This document shows, piece after piece, positions 11,979 to 22,894 of a stretch of DNA of 64,000 nt. The stretch's first letter is position 1; the number at the start of each line of letters is the position of its first letter. Source of the stretch: Podarcis liolepis (Eukaryota); the NCBI GenBank assembly GCA_965112155.1, contig OZ218105.1, one strand, 5' to 3'. The position numbers and the translations under genes are program-made. The notes beneath the pieces were generated by a model that saw only the letters and a program-made list of their open reading frames with translations, did not search any database and was not told the origin of the DNA.

Positions 11979-12369
11979 GAGGAATGGCTAAGGGAGCTGG
12001 GCATGTTTAGCCTGGAGAAGAGGAGGTTAAGGGGTGATATGATAGCCATGTTCAAATATATAAAAGGATGTCACATAGAGGAGGGAGAAAGGTTGTTTCC
12101 TGCTGCTCCAGAGAAGCGGACACGGAGCAATGGATCCAAACTACAAGAAAGAAGATTCCACCTAAACATTAGGAAGAACTTCCTGACAGTAAGAGCTGTT
12201 TGACAGTGGAATTTGCTGCCAAGGAGTGTGGTGGAGTCTCCTACTTTGGAGGTCTTTAAGCAGAGGCTTGACAACCATATGTCAGGAGCGCTCTGATGGT
12301 GTTTCCTGCTTGGTAGGGGGTTGGACTCGATGGCCCTTGTGGTCTCTTCCAACTCTATGATTCTATGAT
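11979..12369 (+). mobile_element. CR1 LINE 3' end, near-identical to 1905-2281 in opposite orientation
   Basis: LRELGMFSLEKRRLRGDMIAMFKYIKG... is the CR1 ORF2 C-terminus; (ATTCTATG) tail. Confidence 0.94.
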
Positions 12370-12507
12370 CCCTAGTCAGCAACTAGTTTCACTACTGGGC
12401 CACATTGTGAAGGAGATGAGTGTGTGGCCTGCTGGCAAGCCCCGTTGTGTTAGAAACAAATTAGCTTTCTTCTGTGCACTCCAGCCAAACACAACTTAGC
12501 ATTTCTG

Positions 12508-12688
12508 TTACAGATAGGTAGCCGTGTTGGTCTGCCATAGTCAAAATAAAAAAATTCCTTCCAGTAGCACCTTAAAGACCAACTAAGTTAGTTCTTGGTA
12601 TGAGCTTTCGTGTGCATGCACACTTCTTCAGATACACTAACTAACTTAGTTGGTCTTTAAGGTGCTACTGGAAGGAATTTTTTTATTT
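12508..12688 (-). mobile_element. Penelope-like element remnant (pLTR with inverted duplication)
   Basis: Contains GTAGCACCTTAAAGACCAACTAAG...GAGCTTTCG...CTTCTTCAG, typical of reptile Penelope pLTRs; perfect 51-bp inverted repeat; near-perfect 12-bp flanking duplication TTAG(C/T)ATTTCTG. Confidence 0.8.
12598..12635 (-). ncRNA. Minimal type I hammerhead ribozyme motif
   Basis: Minus strand reads GUAU-CUGAAGA-A-GUGUG-CAUG-CACAC-GAAA-GC-UC/AUAC. It has stem I GUAU/AUAC, core CUGANGA, stem II, GAAA, palindromic AGCU helix III and a UH cleavage site between 12602 and 12601. Confidence 0.8.
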
Positions 12689-13494
12689 TTAGTATTTCTG
12701 CTTCTGCATGGCAAGCTCTTCCAAATCCAGAAATATGACAACCTGTGAGACAAGTTAATTAACTGATGCTGAGGTTTCATATTAAAGCAGCCAGTTTTAG
12801 AGCATCGCTATGAAATATGACTTAGGGCACCAGCACAGTAAAGTCACCCACTTCCCAAGGAAGAAACATGGCTTTGGCATAGCATCTCGTAACTCTGCAA
12901 GTCCATTTTTGAGAGTTGAAGTCAGAGAAGAATTTTCCATGTTTAAAGATAATTTAATTTTAGTTCTGAGGTATATGTTGGGTATAGATACCTTAGGTTG
13001 GTATGGAATGTGTACTTAAATATGAATCTGTTACTTAAGTGAAGTAGCTTGATGTGTTGCTATATGTACTCTTAACACCTGCTGATGATTCTTAGGTTGG
13101 TTTGTTCTGCTTGTGATACTGTTATCTTTATTAAAAATATTTTTAAGTATAAATATATATTTGCATGTGTGTTAGATTTCTGAGTGCCTACTTTAACACA
13201 ACCTGGTAGACTGTGTCCACTGAATAAAACTACCCTTGGCTACAGTGCTGAGGAGTCAGCTACCATGGCCGTCCAGTGATTCAACCATATTCTAGATTTC
13301 TCTGACTTTCTATCAAATACCAGAACAGATAATAGTACTGGAAACAGTGTTGTATATAGTACAACAGTTTTCTAAAAGTGCTGGGAATCTATTAACGATC
13401 TTAAAATTAAGTACTGACAGTACCAATCCAACGGTACAATCTTGCAACTGGTATTTCATTAAGATCATTACACAAAACTTATAATGTTCATCTT

Positions 13495-13500
13495 TTTATT
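13495..13500 (-). terminator. ANKHD1: ANKHD1 polyadenylation signal AATAAA
   Basis: AATAAA on the minus strand ~440 nt after the stop, followed by TTTTGTGT. Confidence 0.7.
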
Positions 13501-13938
13501 GAATATTCAGGTAAATATTTCACATTAATACAGGCTACATAAAGTAGAGCCACTATACGACATGAAATTTACTCAACGTTTTTCCTTTTAAGTATGTAAA
13601 CAATTATACATGTATTTATCACCCTAAAAGGTTGAAATCATGTACTCATCTAGTTCTCTGCTGCATACAAGTAGCATTCAGTAGTGTTTAGCCAAAAGCA
13701 CTAGGTTCATCCGATTTTGAGTTCAAAATGGCTAAACTAACTGGAGAACAGAATCAGTTGAATAGGTAACTCATTTTGTTCTTACACAATGGGCAAACAA
13801 GTTTCTCTTGTTATAGCCCGCAGAAAAATTGCTTAGTTAGGCACATTAAAAAAATTCCCAAGTTCTTCCAAGGTCATATGTTTCTCCAAACAAGGCTTAA
13901 AAAAAAGAAAAGGAAAGAAAAAGGTAGGCCCTCCTAAA

Positions 13939-13998
13939 TCAGTTGACGTATTTGAGGTGCATGTTTCCAATGTGAGGCGCCCAGGTGCCAGGCCAAAT
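13939..13998 (-). CDS. ANKHD1: ANKHD1 last coding exon (human exon 34 equivalent): IWPGTWAPHIGNMHLKYVN*
   Basis: Matches the ANKHD1 C-terminus as recalled; acceptor CTCCTGTAG; TGA stop. Confidence 0.96.
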   Translation of the reverse strand: MWPGTWAPHIGNMHLKYVN

Positions 13999-14302
13999 CT
14001 ACAGGAGGAGAAACATCACAAAATAGTTAATTTCAGAGTATGGCTCCAACACCACTATACAAAGACCTACAGAATCAAGTGGCGCAAAAAACCAAGTTCT
14101 AGCTGACTAAAGCTTGGCCCCAACACCCAGATTTAATGATCAGCTATCCCACCAAGACTCCATTTTAAAGTACACTTAAGGAAAATGTAACATTAGGATG
14201 GAAGAATGAAGACACTCCTTGTACTCTTACAAAAATTCAATTATATTATTTAAGGCAGATGTTTGAAAATTTAACAGTACAAAAAAGCATTAATTACTGC
14301 AC

Positions 14303-14467
14303 CTGCTGAGCATCGGTACATTCTGTTGAATTTTGGACAACCTTTATCATGGGATTCCATGCTGGATCTGGAGTATGAAGTCCATTGAAGAGAGGCCCAC
14401 CTGGTCCATCAGCTAGCTGAGGATGAGACGGTATAATAGTGCCTCCATACATGGAAATTGGAAGGCC
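14303..14467 (-). CDS. ANKHD1: ANKHD1 exon 33-eq: GLPISMYGGTIIPSHPQL...NSTECTDAQQ
   Basis: AG/GT boundaries; 165 nt, phase 0-0. Confidence 0.95.
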
Positions 14468-15259
14468 CTAAGGAGAGACATGGCAATTTACAGAAAATGG
14501 TAGCAGAGAAACAGGTTTACAGATCAGTAGCAATTTTATTTGTGGTAACTAATGAGTACAATGCTATTGTTATGCAGAGATTATCTGCAGAATTCTACAC
14601 CACCTCTAAGAGGCTCTTGAGCATAGACTAACCAACTCATGTTCTACATTAGAATAATGTATCTGTGTCAACCCTACATTATTTCTTTTTTACATTCATC
14701 ACATAATATAAAAGCACATTTTAGCACCTATCCGCCTCTTTTAGAAGCTGCCTAACTAGATAAGATTCATTTATTTGATACCAGCATATTGTTGGAAATT
14801 TGTGAACATTCTAGCCAACAGAAGCCAGGGCAGTTCCCACATTTCCCCATCCAAATTAATGTTTATACTGCTTTCCTTACCAATTAAATCCCTCTTCTAT
14901 CATAATAAATCTGGTCCTGCCCACAAGATATTATGTAAATTGGGACATTGGACCTAACAGACCTTCATGCCTAACAGCACATTTACCTACTGTACTGTAA
15001 GGTAGGGATCACCAACACTGTGCCTGTGGGCTCCAAAATGCCCATCAGTACACACTCAATTAAAGCTCAGAGTAGACATGAGGGCCATTTCTGTTGGGTG
15101 GACTCCAATTATAGAATGTTCTTCCCAGTGAAGCCTGTCCTGTGTCATCTTTTCAATTCCATGTTAATATTTTTCTGTTCTACAAGACTTTAAGTCTCTG
15201 CAATGTGGTTGATGCTTTAATGTACAAAACATATTTAATGGCTGCTATGGTTATATGCT

Positions 15260-15583
15260 GGGAGCCTAGGACTTGCCGATCAGAAGGTCGGTGGTTTGAA
15301 TCCCCGCAACAAGGTGAGCTCCCGTTGCTCAGTCCCAGCTCCTGCCAACCTAGCAGTTTGAAAGCATGTCAAGGTGCAAGTAGATAAGTAGGTACCACTC
15401 TGGCAGGAAGGTAAACGGCGTTTCCGTGCGCTGCTCTGGTTCGCCAGAAGCGGCTTAGTCATGCTGGCCACATGACCTGGAAGCTGTACGCCAGCTCCCT
15501 CACCCAATAAAGCAAGATGAACACCGCAACCCCAGAGTCAACCATGACTGGACCTAATGGTCAGGGGTCCCTTTACCTTTACC
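15260..15583 (+). mobile_element. Sauria SINE
   Basis: tRNA-like B box region, CCTGCCAACCTAGCAGTT(T/C)GAAAGCA core, GTCATGCTGGCCACATGACC, (ACCTTT)n tail. Confidence 0.9.
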
Positions 15584-16667
15584 TATAGTTATATGCTATA
15601 TATTGTATTTGATTCTGCTGGTTTTCCATTTGGGGTTTTGTGCTAATTTTGGTATAATTATAACATGGCTGTTATTAAGGTTCTTTTAACCCTCTACAGT
15701 TCCAGGACAACTTATAAACAAATAGGGTGGGATTCACCTAACAGCCCCCACCAACAGAAACCCTGCACAAGGACTTCTGCATAGGAAGTGGGGCTTCCCA
15801 ACTGGCTTGAGGGGGTCAGGAAAAACCTCCTGAACAGTGTTGGGAGGTCTGTTCAATCAGGCAAGATGGGATGCTTGTGCAAACAGAATGATTGGAAGAG
15901 CACCATGTTGAATTCCACCCGTAAACCAGTAGTTTGGAAAGTTTTCCTCTCCACAGTACATATACAATCCTGGATACTCAAGAGTAACTATATTACTGTG
16001 TAACAGGCTCTTCTTTCCTATACACATCAAAATGTAAGGCTGTTGCCACCTGGCAGTTCGCATGGCTGCCAATAGCTGGGCACACCAACTCCAGCGTGAC
16101 AACAGAACAGCAGGTAGGCAGCTGTGAAAGCAAATTGCTCTGTAAAGCACCTCCCTCTCTTTGCTAAACACAGCTGCACCAAAGTTTAACAGAAGGAAGA
16201 CACTTCAGAGAAAATTGAAGCATCTCTCCCCTCCTTTAAAAGGGGGTGGGACTTGGGGCGAGCTGTAAGGAGACAGGCAAGGGGTGAGTGAGGTGTAAAG
16301 GAATGAGGGAATGGCCAGGTGTGTGTGTGGGGGGGAGAAGGGGTTTGGCAGGTAGGCAAGGTTGGCAAGTGGAACAAGAAGATACACAACAATACATATT
16401 AATACACAAAACTGCAAGCAATGCAGAATGTTATCCCCAATTAGCACAAATTGCCTATTAGACACCCCAGACAAACAGAAGTGATGCTATTCTGGAAGGA
16501 CTGGAAGCTGAGAAGCCTCCAATGTTCATAAACAGCTTCCATTGAGAATACAAATTCTAAGAATGTTCTACAGCTGTATGATTTAGTTTGATTTGAAGCA
16601 ACTGTGTGGAGGTCTGTGCATAGTATGACTGTGTGCAAGTGAGAGAGAGAAACTTTTGAAAGCGTAC

Positions 16668-16843
16668 TTTAGAGAAATCTACAAAGCTGTTCGGCATAGG
16701 CTGCTGGAAAATATTTGAGGGCGCCACTATTCCAGAGTCATCTCTCTCCATCGGCTGATGTTGGGAAAAGGTGCCAGGGTCCGACAGCTGCTGATGCACT
16801 GGATGATTTCCCATGACAGGCTGAGACCAACCTGACATGCCTT
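16668..16843 (-). CDS. ANKHD1: ANKHD1 exon 32-eq: EGMSGWSQPVMGNHP...FVDFSK
   Basis: 176 nt, phase 1-0; PMERDDSG motif. Confidence 0.95.
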
Positions 16844-17467
16844 CTAGAAAGATAACGAAGCACTTGTTTAGGGATCAGAAAAATCTCTCGTATTAATCAA
16901 ATTTTATCTCATATTACCCAAAAGTTAGAAAAGCTCCTTCCTGCTGCAGGAAGAGCCCACCCAACTCTACACACACTGCTCTTCAAGGGCAGTGACCTTT
17001 CCATGGCAAATCCAAGGACTAGTTCTCAGTCCTCATTCTCCAAGATTAATGACTGTGTCCTTTAACAAAGTTTATCTGCCACCCTCCTGAGATTCCTGTG
17101 GCCTGAGGTTTAGGAACATGAGAAACTGCTTTATCATAACAAAATGTTTGCCCATCTAGCCCAAGTATTATCTGTGACTAGCAGTAGATAGTTCTGTCAT
17201 CCTTCTAACTGGGGATTCCAGGGATTCAACCTGGGACTACCTCCATGCAAAACAATTGCTCTGCCATTTAAGGGTAAGTTGTCCCTTTCCCTCCTCACCA
17301 ACATCCTCTTGTACTTTCAGTCACTTCTCTTAAGTGTCCCGCCAATGTCTCAAGCCAAACATGGTGCTAGCAGGACATATCTGCACAACAGAACTACTTG
17401 GTAGTAGCTGAAACTTCACTTACTGATTCACTGCAGCAATACCTACTCCCCAAGATACAAACTACTA

Positions 17468-17787
17468 CAGTGGTGCCTCGCAAGACGAAAAGAATCCGTT
17501 CTGTGATTCTCTTCGTCTAGCAGTTTTTTCGTCTTGCGAAGCAAGCCCATTGAAGGATTAGCGGATTAGCGCTTTTAGCAGCTTATCTGCTGATCGGATC
17601 AGCTGATAAGCGGCTTAGCAAAAGGGGGGGGGGAGGAAAAAAAAACCAGCAGGAACTCGCAAGACATTGTCGTCTTGCGAAGCAAGCCCATAGGAAATTC
17701 GTTTTGCGAAGCACCTCCAAAACGGAAAACTCTTTCGTCTAGCGAGTTTTCCGTCTTGCGAGGCATTCGTCTTGCGGGGCACCACTG
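17468..17787. mobile_element. Tc1/mariner (Tigger-like) MITE, family A, short copy
   Basis: TIRs CAGTGGTGCC(T/C)CGCAAGACGAA; TA target duplication; internal CGTCTTGCG subrepeats. Confidence 0.9.
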
Positions 17788-18662
17788 TATTTGAAATTCA
17801 AAAGGACTTGCCTCTTCTGAAATACAAAATGCAGCAGTAAAAAAATCAGGAATTAAAACTCCAGCTGCTATCATAGGGTTCCCTTTTTGCCAGTACCTCC
17901 CTTATTTGGGGTCTGATCACTGCACATCAAAGGCACGTCTCCCTCCCCTTTCTTCCCATATCCTAGAAGTTGTCACACCCTGGCACCACTCCCGTTTTGG
18001 TATCTCCAGGTTCTCATCTAGCCTCTATACGCCCTTTCAATGGTCTTCCGTATCCAATTTACTGAAAATTACTTATCGAAAGATCTTCCTTCCTGTTAAC
18101 TGCTATCTTCAATTGCTCTGAATGCCTCTTCTAAACCATTGTGTCTCCTCCATACCGATCACCCCTTTCCAGTTTCCTACACTGACTCCATGGGAAGCAT
18201 TGCACTGACTTGAAGATTCGCTTTGGAGCTCTCTACTCATGTGTCTTCATTCCTTTCACACAAGGCTCACTGTCAGCCACTTTCCCTACTCCCCTTTCTC
18301 TGAACTTTCTGCCATGCAACAGTTCTGTATCCCTGTATAGACTTATTTTCCTGCAGCTCCACTTCTTTAGCCACCTTGCTGGCTATTCTCAGAAACACTC
18401 TTCTATTCAGGGCTACTACTGGCATTATTAAATTCCTGCATGGAAGATTTCCACTCTTGCATAAAGTAGGAAAAGCACAATGTGCAGGAATACATGAGTA
18501 CTAAAGATGTTTAAATAATTTCTGTCTAAACAATGGACTCTTTAGGATTTATTTAGTTAAAAGCTCAAGAGCTTGATATAATAACGGCTGGGAACCCTTA
18601 TCCTGTATTTGCAAATTACTGTTTTCTTTAACTCTTACAATCATTTCCTTTGAGATACTCAC

Positions 18663-18914
18663 CTGAAACATTGTTAACACCAAATGACCAGATACCACTG
18701 TGTCCAACAGGAGCTGCAAAGTTGGTTCCCAAGGGGGTAGGTGTGACAGAACCTCCTTGACGAATCCTAGCAAGTCTTTCTGTTCCAATAGGCGGTGGCA
18801 CCTTTCGATCTTGTGCTGTGCTCCCTGATTTTGGCTGACCCAGAGAAGAAGGTGCAGAAGCAGCTGAAAGGGGCGAGGATGATCCCGAGGAAACTGATGG
18901 AATAGGAGATTCAC
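18663..18914 (-). CDS. ANKHD1: ANKHD1 exon 31-eq: CESPIPSVSSGSSSPLSAASAPSSLGQPK...PPPIGTERLARIRQGG...NNVS (alternative internal acceptor at 18863)
   Basis: 252 nt (or 201 nt), phase 1-1; conserved PPPIGTERLARIRQ. Confidence 0.93.
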
Positions 18915-20137
18915 CTGATGAAAAAACAGTTCTCTTGCTTTATCACACATGAAACGCTGAGTTGCCTTAACTGCTGCTCTAGGATGTTTCCACTAGAGAT
19001 GAAATTCTCAATGCTTCAGCAAAAGTACACTTCTACTGAAATCAGTGGGATTTAAATACTAAAAACATTTTTTTTTGGTATAGTATCAGTATTTTGAAAT
19101 AGATAAAAACTGTGATTTGAATTTTAATGCATCTTAAATTAGGTTATAACATGGTGCTTCATGATATTGTTTATGATTAGCTCATGTCTTCAAAACTGTA
19201 CATCCATCAAGGAGCTGTTTGAGAACATGCTTCAGGGAATGCATTGGCAAAGCAGACCACTTCTTATTGGACAATTCTGACAGGTGGCTGGGATTGCTCA
19301 CCTGCCAAAGGTGGCCCATGGACTGCAAGGAGATTAAGATCTGACTTGTCGGCCAAAAGGGTCTCCCTCCCTTCCCCAAATGTCTCTAATCATCAGCCTC
19401 AACAAAGAGCTGGGTCACCCTGCCTAAGTTATCTAGGCTCTTTAAACTTTTATACTTCAGAGCTATCTGCCAGGTTTATTGTTCTTTGTCCCTGACTGAC
19501 ATAGGAGCCAATGGCTCTCTAGTTTATTTACTAAGCTTAAAAATAACTATAGGGAACGTTTTCTCCATGACTGATCTATGAAACAGACTGGACTGTGTAG
19601 TGGTCTGTTAACAAGCACTCAACTGATTTTCCCATCTCCATACACCAATGTCTAGGATAAATAAGCCACTAAAGAGAGAGATAAGGGGAGAAATGACCCA
19701 AAGGCAGCCAGCCAGCAGCTTCCTTGTGGTGTATAATTGCAGCCTCCTCCAAATCACTGCTGAACAAACAAAATTATCAAGAGCTGATCTCATTCAGCAA
19801 GCATCCTATATAGACCAACTCTCTAGCTGAATCTATAACATGACTTAATCATCACGTATTTACATTCAGATATTCTTAATTTGTCTGGGATCAGATAGAT
19901 AGATAGATGGATAGATAGAGGCAGTTTAAAAGTATTGGGTCTAAACTAAAGCAAATGTGCAACTGCATGCATGTTTCCTTTAAATTGTTTTTAAGACCAG
20001 CAGTGGTCATAGGGAGCTGCAAATTTGAGTGGGTAAACAATGAAATGGGGAAGGGTATCTTTATCTTCCTTCCAACAGAGAGAAAAGTAATTGTGACAGA
20101 TTTGTGTGTAGGGAAAGCCAGATGGGAAAAGTCAAGC

Positions 20138-20316
20138 AAGAAGAAGAAGAAGAAGAAGAGTTTGGATTTGATATCCCGCCTTTCACTCCCCTTCAGGAGT
20201 CTCAAAGCGGCTAACATTCTCCTTTCCCTTCCTCCCCCACAACAAACACTCTGTGGGGTGAGTGGGGCTGAGAGACTTCACAGAAGTGTGACTGGCCCAA
20301 GGTCACCCAGCAGCAG
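20138..20316 (-). mobile_element. CORE/MIR-like squamate SINE 3' part with (TTC)n tail
   Basis: Minus strand GGGTGACCTTGGGCCAGTCAC core motif, L2-like 3' end and microsatellite tail. Confidence 0.7.
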
Positions 20317-20561
20317 GTGACCCTCACTCCATCTATTCTTCTACTCAAACTCTCTGAAAAGGAAGGGGAACCTTCATGTGACTGCATGTTATGTCTAATT
20401 TGGCCCCTTTTAAGCAGTTCAGTAATTTCATCTTTTAAAGTTGCCTCAATTTCTTTAATTAATGCTGAAAACAAATTTATGTGTTAGAATCATACAGCCA
20501 GCAAAAAGGTCAATACCAACAGACTGAAGAGTTGAATTAGACAGACCCCCAAAACTCCTAC

Positions 20562-20741
20562 ATGAATTTGTAGCACTTGTCCAAGGGTGTGGTGAAAAAT
20601 GCTGTCTGTTAAAGCTGGGGGTCCCAACAGGTGCTGGCCCTTGAAGATAAACCCGTGCTCCTTGAATGTTTGCTGAAAAACCAGCCATAGGCGCTGAAGA
20701 GGAGTTTGAGGAGCTGCTGGATGGATCTAGAGAAGGTAAGT
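20562..20741 (-). CDS. ANKHD1: ANKHD1 exon 30-eq: DLPSLDPSS...QGPAPVGTPSFNRQHFSPHPWTSATNS
   Basis: 180 nt, phase 1-1. Confidence 0.95.
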
Positions 20742-22894
20742 CTACAATTAATATGATTATGTCTGAGAAAATAACTCCAAAGACCCTACTTGTTACCCAG
20801 TTATTCTATGAATTACAGAAACCCTCCCATCATAATCTGATGAGGTTTGTAGGATAAACAGATTCTCATTTATCTTGATTTCTATCATTAAATAGGGCTG
20901 GGTTACATTTGGGATTTTTCTAGCCTGAACATATAATAATTAATTACATCCTGTGTTTTAAATATTACTTGCTTCTAGCATGAACTGCTTTTCACAATCC
21001 TACCTAAAATTAAGGAGAACATTTATAGATGTTCTGTGCATAGTTGAGTTGTCATAAATAGTTAAGCCAAGATAGGGGAAATTATTTGTTATTGCCAAAC
21101 TGGTCAAATTCCCAGTATATACAGTAATCTCAAAATGGCAGTTACCTGTATAGTTTTGCAGTGCAAATATTTTCAGACTGAGTCAAACTAATACCACCCT
21201 GGCTTGATGTGAGCATTTCACAACATTAAATTATCACTCTTATTGCAGGCATTAAACATTTTTCAAAACTTCAGGGAAGAAAACACAAAGAGCGTAGAAT
21301 TCAATTCAAAACCACATTTTTAGATGAAGCAGACCAGGAGTGGTTAACTTGATGTTGTTGGGACTACAGTTCCCATAATCTCTGCCCACTGGCCACATTT
21401 GCTGAGATAAATTCAAATACCGTACACCTGGAACAGGTTCCCCATCCCTTCTGTAGACTCAATGAAAAGATTTTGCTCCTCTTTTGCAGCAAAAGCCAAT
21501 AATGGGATAGTCTTCTGCTCAAGACCATTTTCTCATGGTTGATTAAGCTATTCTGCTTGCGTATTTAGGTTCTAAACTAGCGAGAACGCCTCCCCAGATG
21601 GCTGAATATAGGTGCTTTTCCACTTTACCTCTCTCTATGTGGTTTGTTGCATCTACTGCGTGGTGAATTTTAAGAGGTCTTACAGGGCCTCACTTCATCC
21701 CCAGAATGACTGTGGGATAACTGAGGGTCACTATTCTGGTTTGCTTGTTCTTTAAATGCCACCACATAGTGGATGGTTGAAAGGCTTCTAAATTAACACC
21801 CCACAAGTCTCCTTTATGTCCATTAGTACACACATAATTTTCTCACAATGGCATTCACATAAACAGGTCACAAGGATATAGTGCCCATGTGATGCAGAAC
21901 TTGGTTTAAACTATGAACAGCAGCAAGTTGAGTAAAATCCTTCTTAATCTTATTTTACCAATTATGGTCTCTGTAAAGGTTAGTACTATGAGGACTGAGG
22001 CTTAGAAATGCTGCCTATGCTCAGCAATTGGTTATTACATCAATGTGTCAAAGATAAATATCTGTAAACCGCATCAGCAAAGATTCAGAATGGGTTTTTT
22101 TTTTTAAACTGAACCCTACTGGAATTCAAGTTTGAGAATCTGAGAAATCTCAGAGCTGACTGAAGAGGAAATATCATCTGCTAAGTATAAAGCACAATGC
22201 AAAACCTTAGTGCAAGCATAACATAATCAAAGAGTGTGGCTTGTATTGACTGCAATTAAAACTGGTCAACACCACCAATCAGCAACAGAGGGAATGGCCA
22301 TCCTTCCACTTCCTATTTAATTATGCAACTTATTTTTATCTCATTATGGTTCTAACAAGAGTTCGAAAATAAAAAAAGCAGAGCAAAGCGTTAATAGGTG
22401 GAATGCTGAGAAACATTTTCCTAAAATGCAACTTTTGGTTCCATTTTGTTATGGAGTAAAGAAAAAGGCTAACTTATCAATGAATCACATTATCTTGTCT
22501 TAGAGGAAGACAGAAACAGGAAAGGGGAGGGACTGGTATGCGGGTATGCGAAGGATTAAACAAAAAGTCCCCATCATCTATATGGGCCAGAATTTTTCTT
22601 TAGGATGTTCTGTTTCCCCCATCATTTCACAGGAGTTACCTGAACCAATATTGTGTGCCAACGTTCATTCTACAGAATCACACCAATTCCCTCATCTCTT
22701 GGTTATATTAAGTCACATTATGAAGAAAATATTAACTGGGTAAAAATAATCAAAGACCCAACACAATTCTTTTTTTCAGTATTCCTCTGGTTCAGGATCA
22801 CAGAAACAATTTTAAAGTTTGGGGAAGTTTTTCAATTGCTATCAAGAGGCCACGAAGAATTATATTCCTTTCCATGAAGAACATAGCAACTCAC

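Noticed and set aside
17468-17787. Regularly repeated CGTCTTGCG(A) motifs that look CRISPR-like (also TAACCTGAAG at 30549-30779)
   Set aside because: Eukaryotic DNA; the motifs are subterminal repeats of TA-flanked MITEs with irregular spacing and no cas genes.
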